A DNA stretch of 64,000 bases from positions 256 to 64,255 of the forward strand of contig NIVC01004018.1 in the NCBI GenBank assembly GCA_002269645.1. Reading direction: 5' to 3'. The notes under the pieces are model-generated. The model was not told where the DNA came from, ran no database searches, and saw only the letters and a program-made list of their open reading frames with translations. Position numbers and translations under genes: made by a program. This DNA comes from Macrostomum lignano (taxonomy: Eukaryota). This document shows positions 61,091-64,000 of this stretch, in pieces (positions within the stretch are counted from its first letter, which is position 1; every line of letters begins with the position of its first letter).

Positions 61091-64000
61091 GCTGACCATC
61101 TGACAGGATCGTGGGGGGCCAGGACTCTAATGGATTCATTTCTGAGACCTGAGGCCCGAAGGCTAGCTTCCACAAAGGAGCCGAAAAGGCCGAAACCCAT
61201 CATAAAATTATAATGTTCCATTTTTAGCAACAGTCCTTGTGACGTCAGGAAGACCGGAGACCAATCAGAGGGAGGAGTCATGGCAGCGACTTTGAATAGC
61301 TCATCACGTGACCGACCCTGAGGCTCTTTTGAACTGGGGCTTTTTCTCTCATCAGAAGCCATCCGACTGCAGTTTCTATATTGTTGCTCCGGGCATGGTA
61401 TAACCGACTAAATTTTATTCTGCCCAGACTCTCTGTCAATTCCTAACTGTCCTTGGGGACCTGTAATGTAATGTATGTATTTTATGTATGTATGTATGTA
61501 TGTATGTATGTATATATTACATGTTAGTCGAGTCTGCGCTTTCCGTACTGTTTGTATTATAATTTAATATCTGTTACGTACAATATTACGCAGAAGTAAG
61601 GTCCAATAGGTGCATATTTACTCAATAGCAAGCTTATTGACCGTCGGATTTACTGTATGTACAATGTACACGTACAAGTATTATTACTATTAGTAGACTG
61701 CCTAATGTGCCTATAACCATCGACATTAAATCGTTTATTTTTTCAAAATCACAGCAATCACAGCTGCATATGTAAACCCCGCTGAAAAGTCATCTGGTTG
61801 GTGTAACAAACTTCCGACAGACGCCCTAAGCAGCGTTTTATCTTCGGTTGTAGCTATTCCCAATCTTTTCTAAAAACGATCCCGTCTCCCAATGACGGCG
61901 GAGCTCCTGTACTCCTGTAAAGCTGCTTATAGATTTTTACCATGACTAGGCACGCACGAATTTCTTTCGATTAAACTGAAGTAAAAATTGTGTTTAACTA
62001 GCCCAATTACAATTTGCAGATAACAGATCGTTATTCAATAACTTATTGTTTTGATTTTAAACTTTTGTTAGCAACGGGTGAGAGACCTCACGACAGAAGT
62101 TTATGCGATTTTGAAGATTTAAAATCGATAGGATTATAAAATAATTATCCTGGAATTAAAAATGGAAATAGACATGGTAACTTCAAAACACAGCACAAAG
62201 CATTGCATATACTAAAACTAACTGTGACTGAAGTAGTTTCTTGTATCTATCAAAAGCTGTGTGATTTATTTAGAAGAAATGATTAAAACCAAATTTCACC
62301 AACTTGTCAATGTTTATCGTTGATGATATTATTATTATCATTATTAATATTGATCTCTTGATATTAATTATTATGGTCCATCACAAACATATTGCCTTGG
62401 ACTTGGCCTATTTTAGAGCAAACGTCAAATGGTGGAGACACCATTGCGGCATTTCTAGGCACATAGGTGCATAAGGTGAAAAATGCACCTGTATACCTAC
62501 AAGTTTAGGAACTTTTTGACATAGATAGCCCTACAAAACTCAAAGAAGTCCTTGGCTTTAGTAAAGTTATTAACTCGTCAACAAGTCAATTTACTATACT
62601 AGTCAACAAAAATGTTCTACATTGAATAGACTCTTTTAATCTAAAGCTAGACTAGGCCTAGCCACCCTAGCCTAGCTTACTAGCATATGTGTGTGCCAAA
62701 AGCTAGTAGTGACAACAAAAGCAGAACTTTTTAGCAATAAAAATTTTTTGTTTAGTAGATTGCCTATTGAAACATTGCATATATATATACACAATGTATG
62801 CTATGTATATATATGCTATGCAGAGTAGAAGCAGATGCTAACTAAGATACAAACTTATTTAATAGGCCTAATTTGTAACCATGCAAGCAATTTTTGCAAA
62901 AGTTCTCACCATTGTAGATTTAATTTAAGTCATATAAAGACCTATAATTGCTCCAATAGAGTAGGCTATTAAAAGTGTTATAGATAGACCTGAGTCAATG
63001 AGTTGTTAAAGTAGAAACATTATTTATAGGCTAGGCTAAGCCTAGGTCATTATATATACATTTAGGGTTATGGCTTAGTAGGCCTATATTTTGGTTAATA
63101 GGGGCCTAATCCAAAAACATAGATTAAACTGCAATAGGCCTAGATCTTGTTATTGATAAAACAAACAGATCTTATTATTAAAAGAATTATTTTATTCTTA
63201 ATTTTTATATTTGTATATAGTCTTAAATCAATATAACCCATTTGGCATTAGCAATCTTCAAGAATCATTTATTTAATTTAAATGTGTGCTAAATTTGTAC
63301 CAACTATAATAAAAAATATAGAAATGATATTTATAGGATAAAAAGCTGCATATAGCATAGTCAAAACAAAGGCAAAAAAAGTGAAAAATGATTTTCTATA
63401 CAACTATAGTAAACTGAAGAAAAGGCACAAAGAAGCTTCAAATTCTTGCTATTGATTTTTTGCTAGATTTCTTATCTTATTATTATATAGTCTAGCACTA
63501 TAGCCATAGGCCTAATATTGTAAACCATTGGCTAGGGCCTATACTTTGTAAATTTGCAAGATGAAACAAATTATATAAATCTTATTAAAAAGCACATAGG
63601 TTTATGTCAAAGCTTGCTTCTATACAATGCATGGTATAAGTACTACATTCTATGAGTTGCATCTTAAAGAGTTCCTCTAGCACAAGATATATCCACAAAT
63701 ATATTTTAATAATATATATTAGATTAAGTATTATTACCTTGAATAGACCTAATTGCAAGTGACTTACCATATATATACAACCTTGGGATTCATTTGGCCA
63801 TTTATATTGGACATTAAACAAGATAATAGTCACATGACTACTTTGAGCATATAGCAATTTATATGTATATTGCCAATAGAAATGGCTAGGTAAATCCCCG
63901 GGTTACATCCAAGCATGCAACTAAGTTATTAGATTTAACTCAAACTTAACTTTTTGTTTATAGTTTATTAGTTTTGTTTTTTTGTTTGACATTAAAAAAG

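Noticed and set aside
61180-61196. Hammerhead stem-II-like GCCGAAAAGGCCGAAAC
   Set aside because: No upstream CUGANGA core

Overview
Eukaryotic (invertebrate metazoan) genomic DNA: spliced genes with GT-AG introns, very dense minisatellites and nested transposons. The style suggests a lophotrochozoan such as a free-living flatworm, but that is a low-confidence guess. There are two host genes: a 4-exon high-affinity copper transporter (CTR1/SLC31A1, 23117-24704 +) and a 4-exon rhodopsin-family neuropeptide GPCR of the allatostatin-A/galanin/kisspeptin type (45631-49731 +). Mobile DNA includes an intact hAT transposon (2711-6521, 16-bp TIRs, 8-bp TSD) and an 8.7-kb two-gene CMC/EnSpm element (33235-41924). 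A 7.6-kb Mutator/Foldback-like element (7294-14904, 9-bp TSD) carries nested cargo: a solo LTR, a MITE within a MITE, and a LOA/R1-type LINE. Also present are a second solo LTR, several MITEs, tRNA-derived SINEs, and mariner, piggyBac and LINE relics. The most notable observation is a CPEB3/HDV-like self-cleaving ribozyme fold in the 5' UTR of the LOA-type LINE (about 11183-11252); this LINE also has an overlapping UGAUG stop-start junction between ORF1 and ORF2. All calls come from manual reading; no database search or folding computation was run.
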